A stretch of 64,000 nucleotides of DNA from NCBI GenBank assembly GCA_013360745.1, contig JABWBA010000007.1, forward strand, positions 2,945-66,944, given 5' to 3'. Source of the DNA: Chthonomonadales bacterium. GTDB lineage: Bacteria; Armatimonadota; Chthonomonadetes; Chthonomonadales; CAJBBX01. The notes beneath the pieces were generated by a model that had not been told where the DNA came from, ran no database searches, and saw only the letters and a list, made by a program, of their open reading frames with translations. Both the position numbers and the translations under genes were made by a program. Shown here piece after piece: positions 39,192 to 46,371 of the stretch (position 1 is the stretch's first letter; each line of letters starts with the position of its first letter).

Positions 39192-40679
39192 CTACCACCA
39201 ACCGCCGACCTTCTGAACGCGGTCCGCCCCCGGCTCGCTGAAGGCGAGGTTCAGCGCGTCCATGTCGTCCGGCGACCGTCCCAATCGCCGTTTCGTCTCA
39301 TGCTTGGGTTCGACCACCCGCCGCCCCTCGCTGTCGAGCCTCCAGCGGGGCGCCATGGCCTGGCGACGCAGGAGTTTGCGCACGTCCTCGGAGAGGTGGC
39401 TCAGGTCGAGATCGCCCCTCGCGGCCCTATCGGCCACAGCGAACCAGAGCTCACTCCTCCTGTTGGGATAGTCGGAGTCCTGTCGCGCACGCGTCCCCGC
39501 CCCACAGCCAACGAAGGCGTGATCGCCCCGCTGATCGACGACTCCGCCCCCGACGCCGTCATCGTCGACCACAACGGTAATGGCTTCGGGCCGCTCTCCC
39601 GTCGCCGCCATCTCGCGACACAGATGCTTGAGCCTGCCGGCCACCTGCGCGGTGTTCCAGCCGTTGTGGGTCTCGTGGTGCAGCGCCCGATCGTCGCGCC
39701 GAACCACGATGCTCGTATAATCATCTCCGTACCGCGCCACGTCGCACCCGATCACCGTCGGCCCCGAGGGGGGGATCGCGGCCAACCGGGGCGCGACGGA
39801 CCGCTCCCAAGCGGCATCGGACCATACCGACGACATGGCCTGGCTCGGCCATCGGCCCAGGACGCGGCTTTCAAAGACCGGTCCCGGCCTCCAGAATCGG
39901 CCCGACCCCGGCGGAAACTCGATGTCGCCGGAACCGAGATCCACGGCGTCGACCGGGCTGCAGTTACGACGGATCTGCTCGTCGATCCAGGACAGCCGGA
40001 CCGCCGACGGGAACGGCGGCGGCTCACCGGCCAGTTCGGCCCTGATGTTCGGGTGGTCCAGGGCGGAGATGCTGATCACGTGGAACCGGCCCGAGATGTC
40101 CTCGTCGTAGGCGCTGCTGGAGGTCTCGGTAGGGTTGCAGATGGCCAGCCAGAGGCACTCATCGCCGGTCATCATCCCTTCCGCCTCTTCCCAGAGCGAT
40201 GGATGGATGCCCACGCACTCGTCGAAGACGATCAGGACCCGCTGCGAATGCCGTCCCTGAAAGGCGGCCTCCCCGCTGGTCGTGAACCCGACGGCGAACC
40301 GCTCGGGCGAGGTCTCCATACGGGGCGACCTTGGCAGCAGCCCGGGCCGCCCCTTTCGCTGGGAGCGCACCTCTTTCCAGAGCACGTCGATCACCTGGCG
40401 CTGGGTGGGCGCCGTGGCGATGGCGATCCCGGGGTCGAAACAGTCGAAATGCCAGTTGATCAGGCCTGCCGCGACGTGGGTCTTCCCGACGGCATGGGAG
40501 GCTTTGACGAGCACCCGGCGATGTCGGAGAAGGGCATCCGCAACCTGACATTGCCGATCCCACCATGTGACTCCGAGCGCTTCGCGGGCATAGAGGACAG
40601 GGTCGGCGCGATAGGCGGCGATACGGGACGTCCTCAAGCCCAGTTCGGACATCTCCTCGATCGCTCCGTCCGTTACCAT
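39192..40679 (-). CDS. phage terminase large subunit
   Basis: Walker A ASHAVGKT, Walker B VLIVFDEC, and the nuclease-domain block VIGCDVARYGDDYTSIVV. 495 aa, with a GGGAGG 10 nt upstream of the ATG. Confidence 0.85.
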   Translation of the reverse strand: MVTDGAIEEMSELGLRTSRIAAYRADPVLYAREALGVTWWDRQCQVADALLRHRRVLVKASHAVGKTHVAAGLINWHFDCFDPGIAIATAPTQRQVIDVLWKEVRSQRKGRPGLLPRSPRMETSPERFAVGFTTSGEAAFQGRHSQRVLIVFDECVGIHPSLWEEAEGMMTGDECLWLAICNPTETSSSAYDEDISGRFHVISISALDHPNIRAELAGEPPPFPSAVRLSWIDEQIRRNCSPVDAVDLGSGDIEFPPGSGRFWRPGPVFESRVLGRWPSQAMSSVWSDAAWERSVAPRLAAIPPSGPTVIGCDVARYGDDYTSIVVRRDDRALHHETHNGWNTAQVAGRLKHLCREMAATGERPEAITVVVDDDGVGGGVVDQRGDHAFVGCGAGTRARQDSDYPNRRSELWFAVADRAARGDLDLSHLSEDVRKLLRRQAMAPRWRLDSEGRRVVEPKHETKRRLGRSPDDMDALNLAFSEPGADRVQKVGGWW

Positions 40680-40803
40680 CCGCCAGCGCCTCCCGCCCCA
40701 TCACTCCATGCCCCATCACATCGCCGTGCAACCACTCGACGCCGCAGCGAGGCCCAAACGCTGGTATCGCGTCGGCGACGGCATGGGCCGAACCGTTCGC
40801 CCC

Positions 40804-41172
40804 TTACACGCCGTCGGGCAGTTGAAACGCCATCACCTTGCCGGTCATCCCGGTCTCAAAGTCCAGCCAGATCGCGCCGTCCGCCTGCACGAACCGGGCC
40901 GACTCGAGGGTCAAGTACCGAACCCCCGAGGTGGCCGGCACCGTAATCGACAGGTCTCCCAACCCCTGGCGGAAGGCGGGAGGATTCGCTCCGGCCTTCA
41001 CGACCACGGCATGGTCCGCGCCGTGGGTGTTGGTCACTCGGATGATCAGCCTGCGCGTGCTCCCTCCTGCCGGGATCGTCGCTCCGTTCGCGGGAGCGAT
41101 AGTCGTCCCCGCCGGTTCCGCCACTCCTCCTGATGCCGCGAGGGCCGTCACCGTCACGCTATCTCTTGCCAT
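40804..41172 (-). CDS. phage hypothetical protein downstream of the capsid gene (possible capsid accessory or decoration protein)
   Basis: 122 aa with a GAGGAG site upstream. The pattern RRLIIRVTNTHGADHAVVVKAGANPPAFRQGLGDL recurs in proteins encoded next to capsid genes. This is from recollection, not a search. Confidence 0.45.
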   Translation of the reverse strand: MARDSVTVTALAASGGVAEPAGTTIAPANGATIPAGGSTRRLIIRVTNTHGADHAVVVKAGANPPAFRQGLGDLSITVPATSGVRYLTLESARFVQADGAIWLDFETGMTGKVMAFQLPDGV

Positions 41173-41243
41173 ACCTTCTCCTCTCTTTCAAGCATCGGGA
41201 GTGCCCGCTCGCGATCTGCGATGGGGCGCTCCCCTCATCGATC

Positions 41244-42095
41244 TCAGCTCTTGCTCGCCACGAGACAGGCCAGGGCCGTCGGGCGCAGGACTCTCGCGCC
41301 GTAGAGATGCAGCGCCTTGACCGCGTCGGCGAATCGGAGCGGAGGCCGATAGGCCTCCACTTCCCGGATCTGATGGGCGTAGGTCCACGCGGCCGGAACG
41401 CCAGCGATCACCTTGAACTTGGCCCCGTCCGTGTTGGCGACGTTGTTGGAGACGTAGATCGTCATACCGGCGGCCATCCCCACTTCGCCGTTGCGAAGGG
41501 TCTGATCGCCCATCGGGGTGCCCGATTTGACGAATCGGTCGTCCTTGAGCAGCAGGCCGTAGCACCACGGCGGAAGCACGCAGAACCGCCCGTGTCGGGG
41601 CGCGTTCGCCTCATCCAGCTTGACGCCGAGTTCGACGATGTACTCATAGAGCGCTGCCGCCGTGGGCGTTTTCGGCGATGCATCGCTGCCGATGAAGTTG
41701 GCGGGGGCGATCTGCGTATGGAGCCCTGCAAGGAACCGGTCCGCCTCATCGGCCAGCGCATAGGCCGTTTCGCGCATGGCGGCATCCATCACATGCGGCA
41801 TCTGCTGGGCGCGATCCACATCGTCGATCTGGAAGTTGACGTAGCGGGCGCGGTCGATGGTCAACACCGTTTCCGCGTCGGTCAACGTCTCGGGCGGCGT
41901 GATGTCGGCATTGACGGCATAGTCGGCCACGGTCACCGCTCCGATGGCGTGGATCCGCACAGCATCGCCCCAGGCACGGATATCCCCTTCGTAGTCATGG
42001 TTCATCACTCCGCGCTGGCCGAAGACGAGCGCCTTGTGGAGGTTGTGGAGCAGTCGGGCTGCCCATACCTCCGGGATGAAGTTGTTCAAGCTCAT
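41244..42095 (-). CDS. major capsid protein (P22-coat / HK97-fold family)
   Basis: 283 aa. The N-terminus MSLNNFIPEVWAARLL...N.DYEGDI...GD.V.I is the hallmark of the P22 coat-protein-like family. An AAGGAGG lies 5 nt upstream of the ATG. Confidence 0.85.
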   Translation of the reverse strand: MSLNNFIPEVWAARLLHNLHKALVFGQRGVMNHDYEGDIRAWGDAVRIHAIGAVTVADYAVNADITPPETLTDAETVLTIDRARYVNFQIDDVDRAQQMPHVMDAAMRETAYALADEADRFLAGLHTQIAPANFIGSDASPKTPTAAALYEYIVELGVKLDEANAPRHGRFCVLPPWCYGLLLKDDRFVKSGTPMGDQTLRNGEVGMAAGMTIYVSNNVANTDGAKFKVIAGVPAAWTYAHQIREVEAYRPPLRFADAVKALHLYGARVLRPTALACLVASKS

Positions 42096-42155
42096 CGTAT
42101 CCTCCTTATCTCACGCCCCGAGGCCCGAAGGCCGGGAGTTCGCCGCGGATCGGTC

Positions 42156-42566
42156 TCAGATGCCCGTGCGGAGGGCCGCAACCACGGCGTCCCACTGGGC
42201 GTTGATCTCGTCACTCGTCATGCGTCGGATGGCCTCCCGGGTGAGCCGCCGGCCGCCGCCCCCTGAAGGGTTCGTCGGGCTGACCGCAGCCTCGGAGGCC
42301 GTAGCGCCCTCCATACGGAGCCAGGGACGCTCGGCAATGAGATCCCGCAGCAGGGCCTCGACGTTCCGAGGTCGGCCCGCGTCATCCCATTGGAGTCGGT
42401 CGGTATCCAGCAGCCGGTAGGCCGCATCCTCATCGACGATGCCCATACGCCGGGCGGTACGCTCGATCTCCAGCCTGCCTTCAAGCGCTCGGGCCCGTTC
42501 CTCAGCGGCACGGGCCCGATCCTCGACGGTTGGCTCAGCGGCTTTCGCCGCTCCCTGCTCATCCAT
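42156..42566 (-). CDS. phage scaffolding protein
   Basis: 136 aa, immediately upstream of the capsid gene. It has a charged coiled-coil N-terminus (EDRARAAEERARALEGRLEIERTARRMGI) and a DUF4355-like layout. Confidence 0.6.
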   Translation of the reverse strand: MDEQGAAKAAEPTVEDRARAAEERARALEGRLEIERTARRMGIVDEDAAYRLLDTDRLQWDDAGRPRNVEALLRDLIAERPWLRMEGATASEAAVSPTNPSGGGGRRLTREAIRRMTSDEINAQWDAVVAALRTGI

Positions 42567-42936
42567 CTCTCACCTCCACTGCCGCCTCCATGGACAGGGT
42601 CGCCTCCCAGGACCAGGCGCCCGATCCGAGCTCGACGCCTCGTGAGGAGGCCACGACAGTCCCATCATCCGCCCTCATCTGCACCCATCGGGCTCCCACA
42701 CCGGCGCTGGCAAAACGGGCGATCAACGCCGTCCTCTGGGCCTCCGTCAGGAGCGTGCTGCAGCCGTACCAGTCCGGCGCATCGGCCACCGCCGTCTGAT
42801 CCCTGAGCGGGACGCCGAACATCCGCGATTCGTCATTGCCGCCGGGCAGGACCTCCGCCGCCGCCCGACCTGCACGGTCCAGCGCCCCGGACGGGATCAG
42901 GCAATGGACGCGCCAGATATACTCCGTCTCAGCCAT
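42559..42936 (-). CDS. phage hypothetical protein
   Basis: 125 aa from the ATG at 42936 (MAETEYIW). A GGGAGGG lies 7 nt upstream, directly after the LamG gene stop. Its stop overlaps the scaffold start by 8 nt. Confidence 0.5.
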   Translation of the reverse strand: MAETEYIWRVHCLIPSGALDRAGRAAAEVLPGGNDESRMFGVPLRDQTAVADAPDWYGCSTLLTEAQRTALIARFASAGVGARWVQMRADDGTVVASSRGVELGSGAWSWEATLSMEAAVEVRDG

Positions 42937-42950
42937 CCGTCGTCCCTCCC

Positions 42951-43742
42951 TTAGCCGTCCATCCATCGCCTGAGATAGGCAGCCAGAGCCCGCCGTTCCG
43001 CGGCGCCGATGACTCTGGCGACCACTACCCAGGCCCCGATGATCCCTTTGAACGGATAGAGGACCGATCCGGCGCGTTCGACGCCGCCCATCACGAACCG
43101 ATCCAACGTCGTTGCGCCGACGTCCAGGGCGCCGGACGCCTCCGAAACCCCGTCGATCGCGGTGCGCGCGATCACGCCCGGCATCTCGCCGAAGGTAACC
43201 ACGACCGCCTGCGCCTGATTCACCGCCGACGCGGGGCCGGCCACCGAGGAGGAGCTCGACGCGTCATCCCTCCGATAATGGGACAGGGAGGTCCCTGTCG
43301 CCGTGGAATAGAGCATCGCATAGGGCGTGCCCGTGGCCGAGTTGCCCAGTCCGAAGACGGTGCGGTAGGCCGTATCGGTCACCTTGAAGGCGATGCCGAC
43401 CGTAAACGGGACATCGTTGCCGCTGAAAACCGCCCCGAGCGAGGCTAGCACGAGCCGATCGTCCACGCCGTCGAAGGAGAGGCCTCCACGGCCCGATGGA
43501 AACGCGGAGGCGACGCGCGTCGGCTTCATCGCCAGCGTCGCCTGGGCGCCGGTATGTCCCTGACCCGATCGATCGGGCACGCCGCCGACCGGATCCCCGA
43601 CCGAGGCGGGCGCGGTCAGCCCCGGATCCTGATAGAGATCGCCATCGCACTCCGACCATGCCTGAAGTCCGGCCAGCGCCGCCGGGGTCCACCCCGAGCC
43701 GACGCCGCCCAGGGTCATACCGAGACCGATGCCCCGACCCAT
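42951..43742 (-). CDS. LamG / concanavalin-A-like lectin domain protein (candidate spike fibre or receptor-binding protein)
   Basis: LSFDGVDDRLVL...FTVGIAFKV...RFVMGG...FKGIIGAWVVVARVIGAAERRAL is the Laminin_G_3 pattern, with a Gly-rich N-terminus. It starts 1 nt after the upstream stop. Confidence 0.6.
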   Translation of the reverse strand: MGRGIGLGMTLGGVGSGWTPAALAGLQAWSECDGDLYQDPGLTAPASVGDPVGGVPDRSGQGHTGAQATLAMKPTRVASAFPSGRGGLSFDGVDDRLVLASLGAVFSGNDVPFTVGIAFKVTDTAYRTVFGLGNSATGTPYAMLYSTATGTSLSHYRRDDASSSSSVAGPASAVNQAQAVVVTFGEMPGVIARTAIDGVSEASGALDVGATTLDRFVMGGVERAGSVLYPFKGIIGAWVVVARVIGAAERRALAAYLRRWMDG

Positions 43743-43743
43743 C

Positions 43744-44001
43744 TCAGTAGAGACCCACGATGTTGGATGCGGTCGTACCGGCAGCGTACACTCGACGGGC
43801 TCGAACCGGCAGCACGCCCACCGGCACGTTCGCGAACGTAACGGTCTCGCCTCCCCAGGTGTCCATCTTCACATCGCCGCCCGTGCCGACGTACAGGGCG
43901 AGCGCCCACGAGCTCAGATCAGCGGCGTCGTTGGGCGTAATGGCGAACGCGTGCTCGGCAGGGTCCGCCATCTGGCTCTGTCGTCCCGCATAGGCGCCCA
44001 T
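43744..44001 (-). CDS. small spike-base-like protein (resembles the RcGTA Rcc01079 head-spike-base family)
   Basis: 85 aa with the pattern ITPNDAADL....ALYVGTGGDV......G..VTFANVP.G.LP.R..RV.A.GTTA.NIVGL, recalled from that family. Not verified by a search. Confidence 0.5.
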   Translation of the reverse strand: MGAYAGRQSQMADPAEHAFAITPNDAADLSSWALALYVGTGGDVKMDTWGGETVTFANVPVGVLPVRARRVYAAGTTASNIVGLY

Positions 44002-44210
44002 CAGCGCAGTTCCCGAAGGTCGCGCTCAACCGGAGCCCAGAGTGCGCGCAACATTGCCGCATGGGCCGCCAGCAGCGGATCGGATACGCACACAGCCTCA
44101 AGGCGCCGGCGGACGCCCTCATCTCCCATCGCATCGTCAAAGGCGTGTTTGAAGATGTCCCAGTCCACCAGCAGCCTGGTGACCGTTCGCAACCGTCTCA
44201 ACCAGATCAT
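44001..44210 (-). CDS. phage hypothetical small protein
   Basis: 69 aa from the ATG at 44210 (MIWLRRL). There is an ATGA overlap with the upstream ORF and a TGATG overlap with the downstream ORF. Confidence 0.45.
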   Translation of the reverse strand: MIWLRRLRTVTRLLVDWDIFKHAFDDAMGDEGVRRRLEAVCVSDPLLAAHAAMLRALWAPVERDLRELR

Positions 44211-44425
44211 TCCGTTCTCCCTTCCTCCGCTATCCGTACAGCCGTCCTCTCCTCCGATGGCGGCGGCCCGGGCTCTCGTCGGGCGTAGCCGTTGGAGAAC
44301 TTCCCAACAACGAAACCGATCAGCGTCATCACCGCCCCTCCGAGGACCGCGCTCCGATCCTCCGGGGCAAAGACGTAGAGAACCGCCAGCAGCGCCGTCA
44401 GACACGCCGCCACATAGACCTGCAT
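44207..44425 (-). CDS. small two-TM membrane protein (holin-like topology)
   Basis: 72 aa from the ATG at 44425 (MQVYVAACLTALLAVLYVF...VMTLIGFVVG), sharing one base with the portal stop (TGATG). A longer form could start at 44446. Confidence 0.5.
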   Translation of the reverse strand: MQVYVAACLTALLAVLYVFAPEDRSAVLGGAVMTLIGFVVGKFSNGYARREPGPPPSEERTAVRIAEEGRTE

Positions 44426-45699
44426 CAAGTGGAATCGTCCGGGCACCCGCCTTCGCTCCTTTCCGCCAATCCGAGCCGCCGCAGGGCGGCCTCAGAGCTC
44501 ATGCCGAGATCCCGGTAGAGCAGAGCCGTTCGTGCCTCTTCCAGGGGATCGGTCGGGGCCACCGACGGCCATTCGATCTCGATGCCGGCAGGCTCGTAGC
44601 CGCCCATCTCCAGAAGTCGACGGCTGGCCTCGACGAGCAGCTCACCGTAGAGCATCCTCTTCGTCATGGTCTTTTCCATGAGCGGTTGATAGAGCAGCCT
44701 CAGCGCCACCCCCGAGAGCCGCCCCAGACCCTGGAGCGAGCTGGCGGCGTGAGCCGGCACCCTCGCGGTCTCATGCAGCGCTTCCAGGAGGCGCGCATAC
44801 AGGTCCATCGAGGATCCGAGGTCTCCCTGCATCTCGAGCAAATGGAGGGCCGCGTCCCGCTGCGGCAGGATCGTCACCTCATCGGGCCCGAGCGAGAGGC
44901 CTTCCGCCGAAAAGCCGTGGCCCCACATCTTCGGATGGGCATGAAAGCGGAGGATGCGGGCCGCATTGGACAGGACGAAATCGATGGAACGGCAGAGCGC
45001 CAGCACATCCGGCTCCAGATCGCTCCGGCCCCAGTACTCATTTGCCGCTGGCAAGTTCTGACAACCCAGCACGGGTGACCACGGGAACGGCCAGATCTCC
45101 GCCGCCGTGGTATGCCATCGGACGTCGTCCCCATCCGAGCGTTGATCGAGGATCGTCCAGCCCTGTGCGTCGCGCCGACGGTCGATCAGCTGCCGGAAGG
45201 CCGCCGCCCTTCCCGACACCGGGTCGATCCCGTCCCAGAGGATCTCATAGCGGACGATGCGTTCCCAATCGTCGGGCTCCCATCGGACCTGAACCGTCAT
45301 CGGATCCAGGATGATCAAGCGGGGCATGCCGCCGTGGATCGCCGGCCGTGCCATCTTCAGGAAGGCTTGCCCGCATACCGCGCCGTTGGTCACGAGGCGA
45401 TGGAGCAGTGTCGCCTTGCGATTGGCCGTCCATGCCGATTGCAGCCATCGGGACGCCGCTGCTGGCAGAGCCTCGTCCGGCCGAATCGATACGCCGCCGC
45501 CCACGAGGAAACTCACGCCGCTATCAACAATATAACGGGCGTAGTTGACCCGTACATTGTCGTCCGGGGCGCCCGGCCGGATGCGCAGCGGCCCGGGCGT
45601 ATCGCCATGATACGCGGCCCAGGCGGCGCGCATCCGCTCGCGTCGGGCGGCTTCCTCCATGGCGGCTTGATGGATGACCCTGTCGCTAACCGAAACCAC
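44425..45699 (-). CDS. phage portal protein
   Basis: 424 aa, first gene of the cluster, with SPP1-Gp6-like N-terminal blocks (NYARYIVDSGVSFLVG, LHRLV.NG.VCGQAFLK). GTG start with an AAGGAGG 9 nt upstream. Confidence 0.8.
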   Translation of the reverse strand: MVSVSDRVIHQAAMEEAARRERMRAAWAAYHGDTPGPLRIRPGAPDDNVRVNYARYIVDSGVSFLVGGGVSIRPDEALPAAASRWLQSAWTANRKATLLHRLVTNGAVCGQAFLKMARPAIHGGMPRLIILDPMTVQVRWEPDDWERIVRYEILWDGIDPVSGRAAAFRQLIDRRRDAQGWTILDQRSDGDDVRWHTTAAEIWPFPWSPVLGCQNLPAANEYWGRSDLEPDVLALCRSIDFVLSNAARILRFHAHPKMWGHGFSAEGLSLGPDEVTILPQRDAALHLLEMQGDLGSSMDLYARLLEALHETARVPAHAASSLQGLGRLSGVALRLLYQPLMEKTMTKRMLYGELLVEASRRLLEMGGYEPAGIEIEWPSVAPTDPLEEARTALLYRDLGMSSEAALRRLGLAERSEGGCPDDST

Positions 45700-45757
45700 G
45701 CTTGTCTGCCTCCTTCACGATCTGCAGCGGTCGCAGCTGCGCCCGTCGTCCATGGTA

Positions 45758-45799
45758 AGAAAACGGTAAAAAGGAAAGGACCGCCCGAAGGCGGTCCTT
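45758..45799 (-). terminator. intrinsic terminator of the DUF3467 gene, insulating the phage-like cluster
   Basis: Perfect 10-bp stem AAGGACCGCC / GGCGGTCCTT (45776-45785 and 45790-45799) with a CGAA loop. On the minus strand it is followed by TCCTTTTTACCGTTTTC. Confidence 0.65.
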
Positions 45800-45852
45800 G
45801 AAGTTCGTATCCCGCGACGTCACCGCGGTCGATCGGTCCGGACGCCCGACGG

Positions 45853-46134
45853 CTAGTCCTCGGCCATATCGTCCTCGATGCCGAGGTCCTTATAGAGCCC
45901 TTCGGGCAGGATCACGGTGCCGATTCTCTTCTCATATTCCTGCACGTTTTTCCTGAGCAGCAAGCTCATGATCTTCGCGTGCTGCGGGCTCATCCGAACG
46001 CGCACCTGCGTCTTCGGCGGCTGATCCTGGACCATCATCACGCCGAAGTCCAGCGCGAAGCCGTAAATATTCGTCATAAAGTTGACGGAATCGCAGTAGT
46101 ATTCCGGTACGTCGTCGAAGTCGTCAAGGTCCAT
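45853..46134 (-). CDS. DUF3467 domain protein
   Basis: ATG at 46134 (MDLDDFDDVPEYYCDSVNF...FALDFG...VRVRMSPQHAKIMSLLLRKNVQEYEKRIG) and an acidic C-terminus. Confidence 0.65.
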   Translation of the reverse strand: MDLDDFDDVPEYYCDSVNFMTNIYGFALDFGVMMVQDQPPKTQVRVRMSPQHAKIMSLLLRKNVQEYEKRIGTVILPEGLYKDLGIEDDMAED

Positions 46135-46371
46135 GGGAAGCCTCCCGCAGGGTATAGTCAGCGCCAAGCAAGGCATTCTACCCGATTGCGGCCTCGAGGC
46201 CTAGTGCGGCTCCATAGTATACATGCGTCTACATCATCGTTTGTCTCATCGCCGGTGTGCAGCGGCTCCAACGCATGGGAGGCGCCGTGCTGGGGAGGTC
46301 ACGAGTGCGCCGTTCGGCGACGACGGATGCGGCAGATCATCCTCGATGAGCGATCCCGGCGCGGCCATGAT

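Larger units (their letters stand above)
38244..45699 (-). mobile_element. phage-derived head-morphogenesis and DNA-packaging gene cluster lacking tail, lysogeny and replication modules
   Basis: Twelve co-oriented ORFs include portal, scaffold, major capsid and large terminase. Host genes lie directly on both sides, and no integrase or att-like repeats were seen. Confidence 0.75.

Noticed and set aside
39084-40946. 620-aa + strand ORF antisense to the terminase gene
   Set aside because: The minus strand carries Walker A/B and nuclease motifs and a proper ribosome-binding site. The + frame is Pro/Arg/Gly-rich and motif-free.
43729-45078. 449-aa + strand ORF antisense to the portal and small phage genes
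   Set aside because: Same reasoning. It spans several well-coupled minus-strand genes and is low-complexity.
38143-45852. Searched by eye for attL/attR-type direct repeats, a tRNA target and an integrase flanking the phage-like cassette
   Set aside because: Only a short GGTCCGG-containing similarity was seen between the two flanks (near 38203 and 45833), which is not significant in GC-rich DNA. There is no tRNA or recombinase ORF, so I do not call this an integrated prophage with defined ends.
45979-46371. 131-codon upstream extension of the parA ORF in the track
   Set aside because: The extension runs through the divergent DUF3467 gene and the intergenic promoter region. The ParA family N-terminus (MIYTIVNQKGGVGKT) begins at the ATG at 46372.
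46135-46371. Divergent DUF3467/parA intergenic region as an alternative oriC
   Set aside because: It is somewhat AT-richer, but I could not find any convincing DnaA-box-like 9-mers. This needs GC-skew and motif computation on the full replicon.
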